Numbered from the stretch's first letter, positions 1 to 11,288 are shown. The stretch: 64,000 nucleotides of DNA from Calditrichaceae bacterium (GCA_050173015.1 JBFXLE010000007.1:32001-96000), one strand, 5' to 3'. The notes: generated from the sequence alone by a model not told the origin. Made by a program: numbers and translations.

Positions 1-312
1 GGATTGAAATCAACAAACGTTTCATATTTAAAAATATTCAGTTAATGATGATTATATTGACAAACAAACATTATTCAGTATCGTCAGAAATATATGCCAT
101 CTTTATTAATTTCACAAGAAAAACATCATAATCAACGCTAATTTGATTTTTAATTTTGTTCGGAGAGGACCCAAAGTGCTGTTGAAGATAGGTTTGTTTT
201 TCACTTAAAATGATGCATTTTGTGACAGAATCGGAAAGTTTTTCACCACGCGGGAACAGAGTCAGGAGAGAACAGAAAGAGTATTCTGTTTTTTAAAAAT
301 TCAATAAACAAT

Positions 313-355
313 AAAAAAGGGGATTTGTTACCCGGCGGGTGAGTAACAAATCCCC
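313..355 (-). terminator. Intrinsic terminator downstream of cas6
   Basis: 13-bp stem GGGGATTTGTTAC/GTAACAAATCCCC followed on the minus strand by T6. Confidence 0.8.
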
Positions 356-386
356 CAAAGTAGGGAATAAGAACTAAAATACCTTA

Positions 387-1235
387 TTAATTATGTATGG
401 TAGCATTAATTGGGGCCATCGTTCTGTTTTTTCGACCTCTGGAAGGATTGACCGTTTCCAGCATGCCAAAACCAAGATCGTTCAGCTGTCCAAGACCTAA
501 ATCATATATAAGCTGCAAAACTTCAGGTTCTGCTTTTATATGAATTGGCGCCAGTATCCCCCGAATTTGTTCAGGAGCATCTTTTGAATTTTCAAGGGTA
601 ATCACTTTTGTGATTCTATTGTTCTTTCTTCGGATATATTCTCTGTCGAATTCAAGATTTAATCGAATATTATTCTTCTTTTGTTTTTTTATCAGGTTGT
701 ATTTATAAATGAGATCTTTTTCAATATAATCAAGATATTCATCTTCTCCCGGCAGCAAGTATCCACCGTTGAATTGATACATTGCCCTGTGCCTTTTGTT
801 AAAGCGCTGTCGATATACCGCTACCGGCGACATGCATGTAAATTGCGCTTCCGCTTCCTTAAATTCGGGCGAAGGTATGAATTCAATTCCCCCGACATCA
901 AACCAGGCGTTTTTAATTTTAATTTTTCCTCTGTCCCTTAATTCTTTGGCGATGAGCCCAAGAAATTGATAGTATGGCGAAGAAATGTACCAGTAAAATT
1001 CACTTGACAAAATGCCGATCTGAAAATCCTTAATCTCGCGTTCCGGTATGATTAACTGTGAGAAGGTATACATATCGAATTTTGCATGCACTCCATCGAT
1101 CCCCGGCAGCAAAGAGTTTAGGTACCGGCGATACTCATATGTGAGCTGATTTATCAGTTTTACAAGATAGTAGTTTGTATTAATTGGCAAAAAGGTTCTG
1201 GCCCGCTTGTTCTTGAACGTGATTTTAATTCGCAT
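387..1235 (-). CDS. cas6: Stand-alone Cas6-family RAMP endoribonuclease-like protein (ATG 1235; alternative GTG 1253)
   Basis: YTFS, ISSP and TCMSP motifs and C-terminal Gly-rich loop GLGQLNDLGFG; no other cas gene or array in the window. Confidence 0.85.
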   Translation of the reverse strand: MRIKITFKNKRARTFLPINTNYYLVKLINQLTYEYRRYLNSLLPGIDGVHAKFDMYTFSQLIIPEREIKDFQIGILSSEFYWYISSPYYQFLGLIAKELRDRGKIKIKNAWFDVGGIEFIPSPEFKEAEAQFTCMSPVAVYRQRFNKRHRAMYQFNGGYLLPGEDEYLDYIEKDLIYKYNLIKKQKKNNIRLNLEFDREYIRRKNNRITKVITLENSKDAPEQIRGILAPIHIKAEPEVLQLIYDLGLGQLNDLGFGMLETVNPSRGRKNRTMAPINATIHN

Positions 1236-1285
1236 AAATCTCTCTCGTTTCACTGAATATTAAAATAATTTCATATGAGTAATAT

Positions 1286-1301
1286 TGCAACGAATGTGCC
1301 A
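1286..1301 (-). promoter_or_regulatory. sigma54 -24/-12 promoter of cas6
   Basis: Minus strand TGGCACATTCGTTGCA is an exact TGGCAC-N5-TTGCA consensus, about 50 nt upstream of the ATG. Confidence 0.8.
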
Positions 1302-1329
1302 AATATGGCACACCACATTAAAAACGACT

Positions 1330-1342
1330 CAATATATTGATT
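1330..1342 (-). promoter_or_regulatory. IHF-consensus site upstream of the sigma54 promoter
   Basis: AATCAATATATTG matches WATCAANNNNTTR. Confidence 0.55.
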
Positions 1343-1389
1343 ATTAACGAATTATGCCAGAGACAAACGAGGTAAGAAGAAATTAAAAA

Positions 1390-1408
1390 GTGGGGATATT
1401 ATCCCCAC
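1390..1408. promoter_or_regulatory. Palindrome, candidate enhancer (UAS) or mrp terminator
   Basis: GTGGGGATA-T-TATCCCCAC, about 90 bp upstream of the -24 box. Confidence 0.45.
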
Positions 1409-1438
1409 CACCTAAACATACAAGGGATTTTTTACCTT

Positions 1439-2482
1439 CTATTTGCTTAATAATTGTTTTTTTACATTCCTGGCGATATCTACAAACGCCTTTGTCTGCG
1501 GACTTTCGCTATCGCCCGCGACGATGGGCACACCCTGATCCCCCCCGGCGCGGATAGCCGCATCTATTGGTATTTCTCCCAACAATGGAGTGTCGAGTTT
1601 TTCACATTCCTTTTTCACACCGCCATAAGAAAAGATTTCAGTCCTTTCCCCACAATTGGAACACACAAAATAACTCATATTTTCGATGATTCCGAGGATC
1701 GGCACATTCACTTTCCTGAACATTTGCACGCCCTTAACAGCATCAAGCAATGCGACATCCTGAGGCGTTGATACGATTACTGCCCCATCGAGCGCGACGG
1801 ACTGAGAAAGGGTTAATTGCGCATCGCCCGTTCCGGGAGGCATATCGAATAACATTATATCCAGCTCCGGCCAGGCAACATCATTCATTAGCTGCTGAAG
1901 TGCTCGGTGAACCAGCGCGCCTCGCCAGATAACAGCATCATTATTATCCACTAAGAAGCCAAGCGACATCAAATGAACACCAAACTTCTCGATTGGATAA
2001 ATCTTAGTTCCGTCATAGTATGGCTGCTCTTCCACCCCGAACATGAGCGGGATGCTCGGACCGTAGATGTCCGCGTCAAGTAAGCCGACCGATAAACCTT
2101 CTTTGGCAAGAGCAACAGCCAGATTCACCGCCACCGTTGATTTCCCGACTCCACCCTTACCGCTGGCGACTGCTACTTTATACTTTACGGATGTCAGGAA
2201 CGTTGATTTTTGCTGCGGGGAAGTATGAAATTGAGGCGGTTCCTGGCTTTCCAGAAGAACAGTAACCGAATGGTCTTTATATTTATCGGAAAAAACCTTC
2301 TTAATCTCAGATTCAATTTCCTGACCTACCGTTGTATCCTTTGATTTTATAAGTAATTTAATCGTGATCAGGTTATCTTTAATTTCAACCGCGTTAATAA
2401 TCCCAAAAGACACAATATCTCTGCTGAATCCCGGATATTTAATCTCTTTAAGAGTTTCAACAACCATATCTTTATTTACCAT
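1439..2482 (-). CDS. mrp: Mrp/NBP35 Fe-S cluster carrier ATPase
   Basis: ASGKGGVGKST, DADIYGPS, DMPPGTGD, ENMS and CxxC motifs. Confidence 0.95.
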   Translation of the reverse strand: MVNKDMVVETLKEIKYPGFSRDIVSFGIINAVEIKDNLITIKLLIKSKDTTVGQEIESEIKKVFSDKYKDHSVTVLLESQEPPQFHTSPQQKSTFLTSVKYKVAVASGKGGVGKSTVAVNLAVALAKEGLSVGLLDADIYGPSIPLMFGVEEQPYYDGTKIYPIEKFGVHLMSLGFLVDNNDAVIWRGALVHRALQQLMNDVAWPELDIMLFDMPPGTGDAQLTLSQSVALDGAVIVSTPQDVALLDAVKGVQMFRKVNVPILGIIENMSYFVCSNCGERTEIFSYGGVKKECEKLDTPLLGEIPIDAAIRAGGDQGVPIVAGDSESPQTKAFVDIARNVKKQLLSK

Positions 2483-2698
2483 TTGTTTCTCCTTACGATC
2501 CTAAATTTGAAAATTAAAATAATATGTACGGATACCCGTAATGTTTTGATGCAATTATCGACAGAATGTAACAAAAACAATTAAATTTCTTACCAGGACA
2601 AAGGTATCCCATTCTACTTCCGGGATATCGGCGGTGATAATGGAGGCGGATAGCAAAAACTTCATCACGTCAAATTAACAAGGTCGACTCATCAGATA

Positions 2699-3361
2699 TT
2701 AGATTACCACTTCCAGGTCCAAAACCGAATCAGTTTCAAGGTCTAGTGAAACCACTTTGACCTTATCAAGTTCTATATCATTGATTAATGTCAGTTCAAC
2801 TTTGAAATTTTTATGCTCAACATCCTTTGATACTAATTTACCCATACCATTGATGACACCCGCTTTTTCTTTATCGTAATAACTTATTAAAATGGATTCG
2901 TTTAAATCCAGTGCATCAAGAATTTGCAATAATTCATCAACGTTTTTCTTCTCATCGATTATAAGCTCGTCGAGATCCTCCTCGATACTCATGATATCGC
3001 CGTCTTTATATTGAAAATCTATGGTGCCGCCTCCGCCCTTCAGGTAGATGAGCCGATTATCCATATCTTGCTTTATACTTCGTTCGACGTTGACAACCCT
3101 GCCCGTAAAGTACTCATTCCGAATATCCAGAATCTGAACCGTAATCGGAGATTCTTCAGGAGTCCCATCGTATTCAACTCTTCTGATGTTAACTTTTTTG
3201 TTTCTGCCGATCTTCTCAACAAGTTCTCTAACCTCATCCGGAGGCAGAGCGCCGGGGCGGTGTTTGAGATGTTTTTTTGATTTAAATAGCTTAATAAAGA
3301 AACGTGCATTACGGTCACTGTCAAAAAACCAGTTTCTTTCCTCTGATTTATATGTATTCAT
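2699..3361 (-). CDS. Hypothetical protein, possibly two small beta-barrel-like domains
   Basis: 220-aa ORF with AAAGGAGG RBS; no confident family. Confidence 0.7.
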   Translation of the reverse strand: MNTYKSEERNWFFDSDRNARFFIKLFKSKKHLKHRPGALPPDEVRELVEKIGRNKKVNIRRVEYDGTPEESPITVQILDIRNEYFTGRVVNVERSIKQDMDNRLIYLKGGGGTIDFQYKDGDIMSIEEDLDELIIDEKKNVDELLQILDALDLNESILISYYDKEKAGVINGMGKLVSKDVEHKNFKVELTLINDIELDKVKVVSLDLETDSVLDLEVVI

Positions 3362-3478
3362 GCACCCTCCTTTAAATGGCTTATTTTAGCAAATATAGTA
3401 GAAATTAAAGCCCAAACCTCATAAAATCAAGATTTTAAACTTATTCACCCTGATTTTAGGATAAAATTATTCACGGTG

Positions 3479-5197
3479 TTATTTATAATTTCTTGCCTCA
3501 TTGATCAAATGTCTGGCATTTTCAAGCGCGTGATTAGATATAATCTCCCCGCCAAGCAGATTCGCGATCTCTTTTTCCCGGCTGTCTTCGCTCAGTAAAC
3601 TGATACCAACAAAGGTCCTGTTACCCTCAACCGATTTTGCTACTTTATAATGTGAATCAGCAAACGCCGCGATCTGAGGGAGATGTGTTACACACAGGAT
3701 TTGATGGAATTTTGCCAGTTCGGTCATTTTTTTTCCGACAATCTGAGCAATTTTCCCCGATATACCGTTATCAATTTCATCAAAAATTAAAATCGGAAGC
3801 TGATCCTTCTCGGCAAGTATCGTTTTCAGAGCCAGCATGATTCTTGAGATTTCACCGCCTGACGCGATTTTGTGAAGCGGCTTAAAATCTTCCCCCGCGT
3901 TTGACGCAATCTCAAATAATACCTGATCAAATCCGCGTGAAGTAATAGCGAGGCGCTTACCTTCAACCATAAACTGTCCCTCGGGATGTTCATGGAAAAT
4001 TTGATGAACACGAAAACGCGCCTGCGGCATACCGATTTCTGTCAATATACCCGTAATCTGATTTTCCAGATCCGCGGATTTCATTTTTCTGTTGTGACTG
4101 ATGAGAAGCCCTTTCTCTATCAATACTTCCTTCAATTTTAGAATCCTGCGTTCACATTCAGCCAATTCTTCATCAAAGTGATCGACCTTTTTCAAGAGCT
4201 CCGCTATTTCTTCACGATGTTCAATTAATTCCTGAACATTAATTTTTCCATATTTCTTCAATAAAAATTCCAGTTGAGCAATTCTCTGTCTTATGAACTC
4301 GGCCCGGTCGGGATCGAATTCTAGACCGGCGATATACTGGGCGCTAAAACGGCCGATCTCTTCGATCGCTACCCTTGCATTTGTCAGGGATTCAAGGATA
4401 TTTTCGAATTGAGGATCCAACTTTGCAATTTTTTTGAGATTCTCTTCGGCCTGAACGATTAAATGACCGGCATTCCTTTCGCCATCATAAAGCGCGTCAT
4501 TCACCACGCTTCCGTACTGATGCAGATCTTCCACGTGGCTCAAGATCTTTAATTCCGTGCGAATATTCTCAATTTCATCGGCATCGAGCTCTGCTTTTCT
4601 TAATTCATCCAGCTGATACCGGTACATATCCTGCATCTGAACTGAACTTGCTTTTTGAGCTGTCAAATCATCACGTTCCGAGACAGCATTTTTATATTCA
4701 TGCAAATAATTTTTAAAAATTCCAAGCAGGGGATCAAGCCCGCCAAAATCATCCAGATAAACAATATGATTCTCGGGATGCAGCAGTCGCTGATGCTGAT
4801 GCTGGCCGTGAAGATCAATAAGGCGGGAACTTAGCTCGTTCAATCTGCCTAATGTAATAGGAGTATCGTTAAGGAAGATTCGCGCGCTCCCGTTTACATT
4901 TATCTCTTTTCTTAAAATAAAAGTGGATCTGTGATTGTCATCCGAATCAAAATCACTGATCAAATCTGATAAATCGGCGGCTGAATCAACGTCAATTTCT
5001 GCTTCTATGATGGCCTTTTTTTCACCGGATCGAATCAAATCGGAACTGCTGCGGTCACCACATAACTGGCCCAGCGCGTTGACCAAAATCGACTTTCCGG
5101 CACCTGTCTCACCGGTAATGATGTTCAAGCCCGATTTGAAGGAGACTTCGGCTTCATCAACCAGAGCAAAATTTTTAATATAAAGATTTTTAACCAT
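3479..5197 (-). CDS. recN: DNA repair protein RecN
   Basis: TGETGAGKS, HGQHQHQ, ASGGEISR, FDEID and VTHLPQIAA motifs. Confidence 0.97.
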   Translation of the reverse strand: MVKNLYIKNFALVDEAEVSFKSGLNIITGETGAGKSILVNALGQLCGDRSSSDLIRSGEKKAIIEAEIDVDSAADLSDLISDFDSDDNHRSTFILRKEINVNGSARIFLNDTPITLGRLNELSSRLIDLHGQHQHQRLLHPENHIVYLDDFGGLDPLLGIFKNYLHEYKNAVSERDDLTAQKASSVQMQDMYRYQLDELRKAELDADEIENIRTELKILSHVEDLHQYGSVVNDALYDGERNAGHLIVQAEENLKKIAKLDPQFENILESLTNARVAIEEIGRFSAQYIAGLEFDPDRAEFIRQRIAQLEFLLKKYGKINVQELIEHREEIAELLKKVDHFDEELAECERRILKLKEVLIEKGLLISHNRKMKSADLENQITGILTEIGMPQARFRVHQIFHEHPEGQFMVEGKRLAITSRGFDQVLFEIASNAGEDFKPLHKIASGGEISRIMLALKTILAEKDQLPILIFDEIDNGISGKIAQIVGKKMTELAKFHQILCVTHLPQIAAFADSHYKVAKSVEGNRTFVGISLLSEDSREKEIANLLGGEIISNHALENARHLINEARNYK

Positions 5198-5200
5198 AGT

Positions 5201-7540
5201 TTATTTTCTTATTACCGCTATCTTACCTGATGCGGATGTTCCGTCTTCATGGTAAGCTAAATAGAAATATATACCTGAAGCAACAGGATCTCCATTTTCG
5301 TCTTTTCCGTCCCAGGTTGCTCTGCTGCCAAAAACCTGATTGTTTTGACTGGTCAACTCACGAACCATTATTCCGTTCAAATTATAGATTTTCACAGTGG
5401 AGCTGAACTTCAGTTCTGTTATTACAAAGTTCCGGTTGCTTCCGTCAATCACAAAAGGATTTGGCCCGGCATTCATACGGTCATAGTTATTCTGTATTTC
5501 AGCAAAACTGCCCCGAAACACGGACAATCCATGTTCTGTCGCGATGACCGCCCTGGAATCGACGGGGTCAACATACACTCCGTGAACATCATTGTTGACC
5601 AGGCCACTGTTCAAAGTTGTATATCCGACCCAGGCGAAGGAATCCCAGGCGCTCCGTCCGTCTTTCAGAATACTCAATCCACCTTGTGTCGCGAACCATT
5701 TATTATTGTATGTGTCCACAAATATATAATTTATTCTATTTTCAAGCGGCCCGCTCAGTCCTTCCAGATCCCCCACATGCCTGTAAACATTAACACCATC
5801 AAACGAATTTAGACCGGCGGTAGTACCGATCCAGACGATTCCGTCCTTATCCGTCGCAATGGACAATACGGTATTACTGTATAAATTATTTTCAATATTT
5901 AGTTTATACAATCGGTCATCGTTCTTGTTTCTCAGGGTATTATTGTAATCCAGTACGTAGGCGCCATTATTTAAAGTTCCAAACCAAACCCTGCCGAAAT
6001 CATCAAACTCGATACAGGATATGCCCTGCTCATCGGCAATAATGCCATCATCGGCTCCAAAGTAGGTCCAGTTTTCCTTGTTAAGGTCGATAAATCCATC
6101 AGCGTTGTACGGCGCTACAGCCATAATATTGCCATTGGATGCAAAATAGTTTCCAAACCACAGATTCCCGGACAGATCTTCCTTGATGGCGGTAATCACC
6201 TGGTAATCTGAAGCGCTAACCGGCGCAGGACTAAAAAAACCGCGATGTTCATCCGGAATGGGTTGAATACTCAACTCATAAATGCTGTCACCGGTAGTGA
6301 TTTTAACAAATCCATCCGTATAGTAATCATTAAAAAACTTTAATTCTTCATTTCTCATGACGGCAACTCCGCCACCCCAGGTGCCGGTCCAAATATTGTC
6401 GTATTGATCTTCATATATCACATCCGTGTTCCCCAGTCTCCCGAGTTCCGAACCGGTAAAATCCACGTTTGTCCAGCTACCCCCGTCATTAAAAGAAAAC
6501 CCATCACCGCTCTGCAACTTGAACTTACCGGTACTGACCCAGATTTTACCGCGGCTGTCAGTAATCACATAACGGAGCGCGTTACTCACAGGGCCATCCA
6601 GTAAAAGCGGTTTATTCCAACCGGCGCTAAAAAAGCCTCCGAATCGAAGCCCGATCCGGATGATACCTGATGAATCCATTTGCATGGCTGAAATAACATT
6701 CAGGAAACTGCCGGCAAATTGTCTGCCGTTTTCTTCTGAATACGAATAATAACTGCCAAAATAGGACGCGAAGATATTCTGATCAGATTTGGTAAGTGTA
6801 TGAACGGCATCATTACCCCAGGCAGTTTCATTATGGAGCTGCATGGAAGTATCCAACGAAACAAGCCCGGCGCCTGTGCCAATCCATATTTTGTTATTAT
6901 GAACAATCATTTCGTAAATATAATCAGATTGTAAGCCGTTCGATGTATTATATACTTTCCACAATGCCGGGTCATTTATGGTATTTTTTGAGAAATCTGA
7001 TGGTGCGGTCAGCAGTCCCGTTTCCGTTCCGAGCCAGATGCGGCCGGAATAAATTTGCAGGGATGTCGTTTTGCCGGGAAGTATGGGAAAATTGATAAAG
7101 GAATCTTTATATTTGTAAATATCTCCATTCCACAAAAAAACGGAGACACTTTTTCCCGCGGCGACCCAAAGAGTATCCTCATTGGTCAAAATGTCAGAAA
7201 TTTCGTTTCCGCTAATCTGGAAAAGCTGTGACCATTGATCTGATGATTGACTATAGATCTGAATTACTCCGTCCTCACCTCCGGTGACTACATTTCCATA
7301 ATTATCCAGTGCAATCGCCCTCATGTCAATGGAATACATCCCATCAACATTTGTGAAGCGCCTGATTTGATTGTCCGTTTTACCGTAAGAATACACCCCA
7401 CCCGTCGTCGCAACCCACACTGTTTCATGATCCTCGACAAGATCACGCACATCATTCATATTGGTAATCGTTTCCCAATCGCGCAAATCAGCCGCCCACG
7501 ACACGGTTATGAGTAGAAAAAACAGACTTACATACTTCAT
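5201..7540 (-). CDS. PorZ-like beta-propeller protein with C-terminal FlgD-Ig/T9SS-like domain
   Basis: Signal peptide, repeated D-x-x-G-x-(I/V)W propeller motifs, C-terminal PNPF...WDGKDENGDPVASGIY. Confidence 0.8.
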   Translation of the reverse strand: MKYVSLFFLLITVSWAADLRDWETITNMNDVRDLVEDHETVWVATTGGVYSYGKTDNQIRRFTNVDGMYSIDMRAIALDNYGNVVTGGEDGVIQIYSQSSDQWSQLFQISGNEISDILTNEDTLWVAAGKSVSVFLWNGDIYKYKDSFINFPILPGKTTSLQIYSGRIWLGTETGLLTAPSDFSKNTINDPALWKVYNTSNGLQSDYIYEMIVHNNKIWIGTGAGLVSLDTSMQLHNETAWGNDAVHTLTKSDQNIFASYFGSYYSYSEENGRQFAGSFLNVISAMQMDSSGIIRIGLRFGGFFSAGWNKPLLLDGPVSNALRYVITDSRGKIWVSTGKFKLQSGDGFSFNDGGSWTNVDFTGSELGRLGNTDVIYEDQYDNIWTGTWGGGVAVMRNEELKFFNDYYTDGFVKITTGDSIYELSIQPIPDEHRGFFSPAPVSASDYQVITAIKEDLSGNLWFGNYFASNGNIMAVAPYNADGFIDLNKENWTYFGADDGIIADEQGISCIEFDDFGRVWFGTLNNGAYVLDYNNTLRNKNDDRLYKLNIENNLYSNTVLSIATDKDGIVWIGTTAGLNSFDGVNVYRHVGDLEGLSGPLENRINYIFVDTYNNKWFATQGGLSILKDGRSAWDSFAWVGYTTLNSGLVNNDVHGVYVDPVDSRAVIATEHGLSVFRGSFAEIQNNYDRMNAGPNPFVIDGSNRNFVITELKFSSTVKIYNLNGIMVRELTSQNNQVFGSRATWDGKDENGDPVASGIYFYLAYHEDGTSASGKIAVIRK

Positions 7541-7559
7541 TCACCTTCTCCGGAAACGA

Positions 7560-8024
7560 TTATAATTTTCCCATAAGGTCAACCATCTCAATTGCCGTTA
7601 ATGCGGCATCCCAACCTTTATTACCCGCCTTTGTGCCTGCTCTTTCGATTGCCTGTTCAATAGAATCTGATGTAATAATACCAAAGATAACCGGCTTTCC
7701 CGTTTCAAGCGAGACACTTGCGATTCCCTTGGATACTTCAGCTGAAACATAATCAAAATGAGGCGTCGCGCCGCGAATTACCGCCCCAAGACAAATGACA
7801 CCGTCATACTTATCCGATTCAGCCAAACGTTTGGCGATAACCGGTATCTCAAAAGATCCGGGCACCCAGACAACGGTGAGATCATTATCCAGTCCTCCAT
7901 GACGAATCAGGCAATCCGTCGCTCCGGAGAGTAATTTGTTTGAAATAAATTCATTGAACCGACCGACCACCAACGCAAACTTTTTTCCTTTTGCCGAAAG
8001 ATGGCCTTCTATTAGTTTGGCCAT
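7560..8024 (-). CDS. ribH: 6,7-dimethyl-8-ribityllumazine synthase
   Basis: [22 protein letters not shown] and [13 protein letters not shown]. Confidence 0.97.
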   Translation of the reverse strand: MAKLIEGHLSAKGKKFALVVGRFNEFISNKLLSGATDCLIRHGGLDNDLTVVWVPGSFEIPVIAKRLAESDKYDGVICLGAVIRGATPHFDYVSAEVSKGIASVSLETGKPVIFGIITSDSIEQAIERAGTKAGNKGWDAALTAIEMVDLMGKL

Positions 8025-8065
8025 TGTACCTCCTAGTTCACTTCAATTTGAATTTCAAAAACAGG

Positions 8066-9304
8066 TCATTTTTTTGATAAAAACAGATGCCCCATTTTAT
8101 CTCTTTTTGTTTTTAAATATCGTTCGTTGACTTCATTGGGACAAATTTCTATCGGCACCCGTTCCACAATTTCAAGATCATATCCTTTAAGACCGACAAT
8201 CTTTTTCGGGTTATTCGTCATAAGCCTGATTTTTGACAATCCCAAATCCTTCAATATTTGAGCTCCGATACCATAATCTCTTAAATCGGCTTTAAAGCCA
8301 AGCATCTCATTTGCCTCAACGGTATCTTTGCCCTCCTCCTGAAGCGCGTACGCCAGCAGTTTATTCACCAATCCGATCCCGCGCCCTTCCTGACGCATAT
8401 ACAGAACAACGCCTCTGCCTTCCTTTTCGACAATTTTCAAAGCAGTCGCGAGCTGATCACCGCAATCACAACGTCTTGAACCAAAAACATCACCGGTAAG
8501 ACATTCTGAGTGTACGCGCACGAGTACAGGATCTCCGTTTGATACATCACCTTTGACGAGAGCGACATGGTGCTCGTTCAGATCAAGAATATTTTCAAAA
8601 AGGTATAATTTAAACTTGCCGTAACGCGTCGGCATATCCACCACCACCCGTCGCTGAACAAGTTTTTCTCTCTGTCCCCTGTACTCAATCAGATCCGCGA
8701 TGGTTATCATTTTCAATTTATGCTTTTTGATGAATTTTTTCAGTTGTGTCACACGAGCCATACTGCCGTCTTCATCCATTATCTCACAGAGGACGCCCGA
8801 TGGTTTCAGACCGGCCATTCGGGCAAGATCAACCGCCGCTTCTGTATGCCCGGCTCTTCTGAGTACGCCCCCCTGTTTAGCAATTAAGGGGAAAATGTGT
8901 CCGGGACGAGCCAGATCTTCAGGTTTTGTTGCCGGGTCAATGGCCGCTCTAATTGTACTGGAGCGGTCAAACGCAGAAATTCCGGTTGTGGTACCATGCT
9001 TATAATCGATGGTCACCGCAAACGGTGTTTCATGGAGGGCGGTATTCTCCTCAACCATATAATCCAGCCGTAAATCACGCGCCCGCTGATCGGTAATCGC
9101 TACACAAAGCATCCCGCGCGCCTCACGTGTGATAAAATTGACATCTTCGGGACGAATCAATTCTGACGCCATAATCAGATCGCCTTCATTTTCACGATCC
9201 GCGTCATCAACGACAACGACCATCCTGCCATTCCGAATATCCTCAAGGGCTTCATCAATCGAACTAAAAGATACACCCTTTTCATTTATCTTTTTATCTG
9301 ACAT
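8066..9304 (-). CDS. ribBA: Bifunctional DHBP synthase / GTP cyclohydrolase II
   Basis: [29 protein letters not shown] and QEGRGIGL; start taken at MSDKK. Confidence 0.97.
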   Translation of the reverse strand: MSDKKINEKGVSFSSIDEALEDIRNGRMVVVVDDADRENEGDLIMASELIRPEDVNFITREARGMLCVAITDQRARDLRLDYMVEENTALHETPFAVTIDYKHGTTTGISAFDRSSTIRAAIDPATKPEDLARPGHIFPLIAKQGGVLRRAGHTEAAVDLARMAGLKPSGVLCEIMDEDGSMARVTQLKKFIKKHKLKMITIADLIEYRGQREKLVQRRVVVDMPTRYGKFKLYLFENILDLNEHHVALVKGDVSNGDPVLVRVHSECLTGDVFGSRRCDCGDQLATALKIVEKEGRGVVLYMRQEGRGIGLVNKLLAYALQEEGKDTVEANEMLGFKADLRDYGIGAQILKDLGLSKIRLMTNNPKKIVGLKGYDLEIVERVPIEICPNEVNERYLKTKRDKMGHLFLSKK

Positions 9305-9306
9305 TG

Positions 9307-9954
9307 TTAATACCCTAACTTTTTGAACCATTCATCCGAAAAAACCGAATCTCCGGATTGTGATTTTTTTGAAATCATTAAATTTTCAACATATTTAGCG
9401 ATAACATCCGTTTCAATATTTACCTGATCACCGATATCCCTGAATTTCAAATGAGTATTCGACCAGGTGTGAGGTATGACTGAGACACCGACTCTTGAAT
9501 CATTCAATCTGGCAATAGTCAAACTGATACCATCGATGGCAATGGATCCTTCCGAAATCAGATATTTAGTTAATTCCTTCGGGACATCCACCTCCAGGAA
9601 ATAATTTTCTCCCAGTTTGTTTATTTGAGTTATCGTCGCCACACCGTTCACATGCCCCTGAACCAGATGCCCGCCAAGCCTGTCCATCAGCCTTACAGCC
9701 CGTTCAAGATTTACTAAAGTTCCTTGCCGTAATTTAGAAAAGGTGGTTTTTTTTAATGTATCGCCAACCGCGTCAACACGGAAACTTTCCGTGTCACAAG
9801 CGGTAACGGTAAGGCAAACGCCGTTCACAGCGACCGAATCGTCAATTTTAACATCGTTCATAATTGACTTCGCTGAAATTTTAACGCGTTTACCACCGGC
9901 TATCGGTTCAATTCCGGTAATTTTTCCGATTTCTTCTATGATTCCTGTGAACAT
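9307..9954 (-). CDS. ribE: Riboflavin synthase
   Basis: MFTGII N-terminus, NGVCLTV and GGHLVQGH. Confidence 0.97.
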   Translation of the reverse strand: MFTGIIEEIGKITGIEPIAGGKRVKISAKSIMNDVKIDDSVAVNGVCLTVTACDTESFRVDAVGDTLKKTTFSKLRQGTLVNLERAVRLMDRLGGHLVQGHVNGVATITQINKLGENYFLEVDVPKELTKYLISEGSIAIDGISLTIARLNDSRVGVSVIPHTWSNTHLKFRDIGDQVNIETDVIAKYVENLMISKKSQSGDSVFSDEWFKKLGY

Positions 9955-10000
9955 GGCTATAATTTATTAATTTAAGACTATCATTTCACTTAAAAAAATG

Positions 10001-11137
10001 TCAATCCGACTTCTTTTTTAATTCTATCTTAATATCATTACCTAATTTTTCGATCGATCGCAGTTCAAATTCCGTCCGTGTATCAACATCAAAGGCGGAT
10101 AATCCTCGTCCAAACAAAACCGGCGCCTGCAATATGATTAATTCATCCAGATGATTATTACTTATGAATGAACTGAATAATTCCTGTCCGCCTTCAACCA
10201 ATACCGAAATAATTTTTTCCGTGCCCAGGATTTTAAGAATCCGGTTAAGATCAAGATGGAATTTTCGGTCCGACGGTATCCTGAAAATACTAATTCCTCT
10301 ATTTTCAAGAGATCGAATTTTTTGAACATCGCTGTCTTCCGCCGTAAAAACCCAGGTACCTTCCTTTCCCTCATCATTAAATATTTTAGAATCCGGCGGG
10401 CTGCTCAGACGCCCGTCGATGATTATTCTGTATGGATTCCGCCCCTGAACCTTTCTTACCGTCAGCTGCGGATTGTCAGAGCTTACGGTGCCCGCGCCGA
10501 TCATCACCGCGTCATAGCCGGCCCGCTGTCTGTGAACATATTCGACGGCTTCATTACCCGTCAGCCATGTCATTGTTCCTCTGCGCTCGGCAATTTTCCC
10601 GTCCAGTGTTTGCGCGATTTTCATTGTTACATATGGCATTCCGGTTTGAATATATTTGAAGAAAAAACGGTTGAGATACTCGCCTTGCTTCCGTAGTACA
10701 CCGGTTGTCACTTCAATTCCTGCATCAGATAATTGTTTCACTCCCTTCCCGGAAACCATAGGATTTGGATCGGGATTGCTTATCACAACCCTTTTTAATT
10801 TGTGCGAGATAATTAGGGGTGTACAGGGTGGGGTTTGTTTTTCAGTATGACAACACGGCTCAAGGTTGCAATAGAGTGTCGCCCCCTCAACGGATTCGAT
10901 CGCGTTCTGAATCGCGTTCAGTTCCGCGTGCGCGCTTCCGTAATGCTCGTGCCATCCTTCCGCGATGATCTTTCCATTTTTGACAATGACGGCGCCGACC
11001 AGCGGATTCGGACTTACTTCACCCTTACCACGGCACGCCAATTCAAGGCACCGCCGCATGTAAACATGATCATCAGCTATTCCTGCTGTCATGGTAACCT
11101 TCTTTTCAAGATGATTTATCCGGGATATGTTAATCAA
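10001..11137 (-). CDS. ribD: Riboflavin deaminase/reductase (start may be slightly downstream)
   Basis: NPLVG, HAE, LEPCCH...PPC, TLDGKIA and VEGG. Confidence 0.95.
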   Translation of the reverse strand: MINISRINHLEKKVTMTAGIADDHVYMRRCLELACRGKGEVSPNPLVGAVIVKNGKIIAEGWHEHYGSAHAELNAIQNAIESVEGATLYCNLEPCCHTEKQTPPCTPLIISHKLKRVVISNPDPNPMVSGKGVKQLSDAGIEVTTGVLRKQGEYLNRFFFKYIQTGMPYVTMKIAQTLDGKIAERRGTMTWLTGNEAVEYVHRQRAGYDAVMIGAGTVSSDNPQLTVRKVQGRNPYRIIIDGRLSSPPDSKIFNDEGKEGTWVFTAEDSDVQKIRSLENRGISIFRIPSDRKFHLDLNRILKILGTEKIISVLVEGGQELFSSFISNNHLDELIILQAPVLFGRGLSAFDVDTRTEFELRSIEKLGNDIKIELKKKSD

Positions 11138-11288
11138 TCAGCAAATTTGCCGGAAAACAGTGTTTTCCCCGGAAGAGAAAGGTAATGATCTTTACTCTTT
11201 GGTTCAAGCTATTTGCCGGTAACATTAATAATACAGCGGCTATTTTTCGGCTATCGTTGGGAATATCCGGATTTGCCCGGGATAACCA

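Noticed and set aside
1-386. CRISPR array next to cas6
   Set aside because: No repeat-spacer periodicity; only a terminator hairpin. Sequence beyond the window is unknown.
11138-11288. FMN riboswitch upstream of ribD
   Set aside because: No RFN conserved blocks recognised; only a short inverted repeat.
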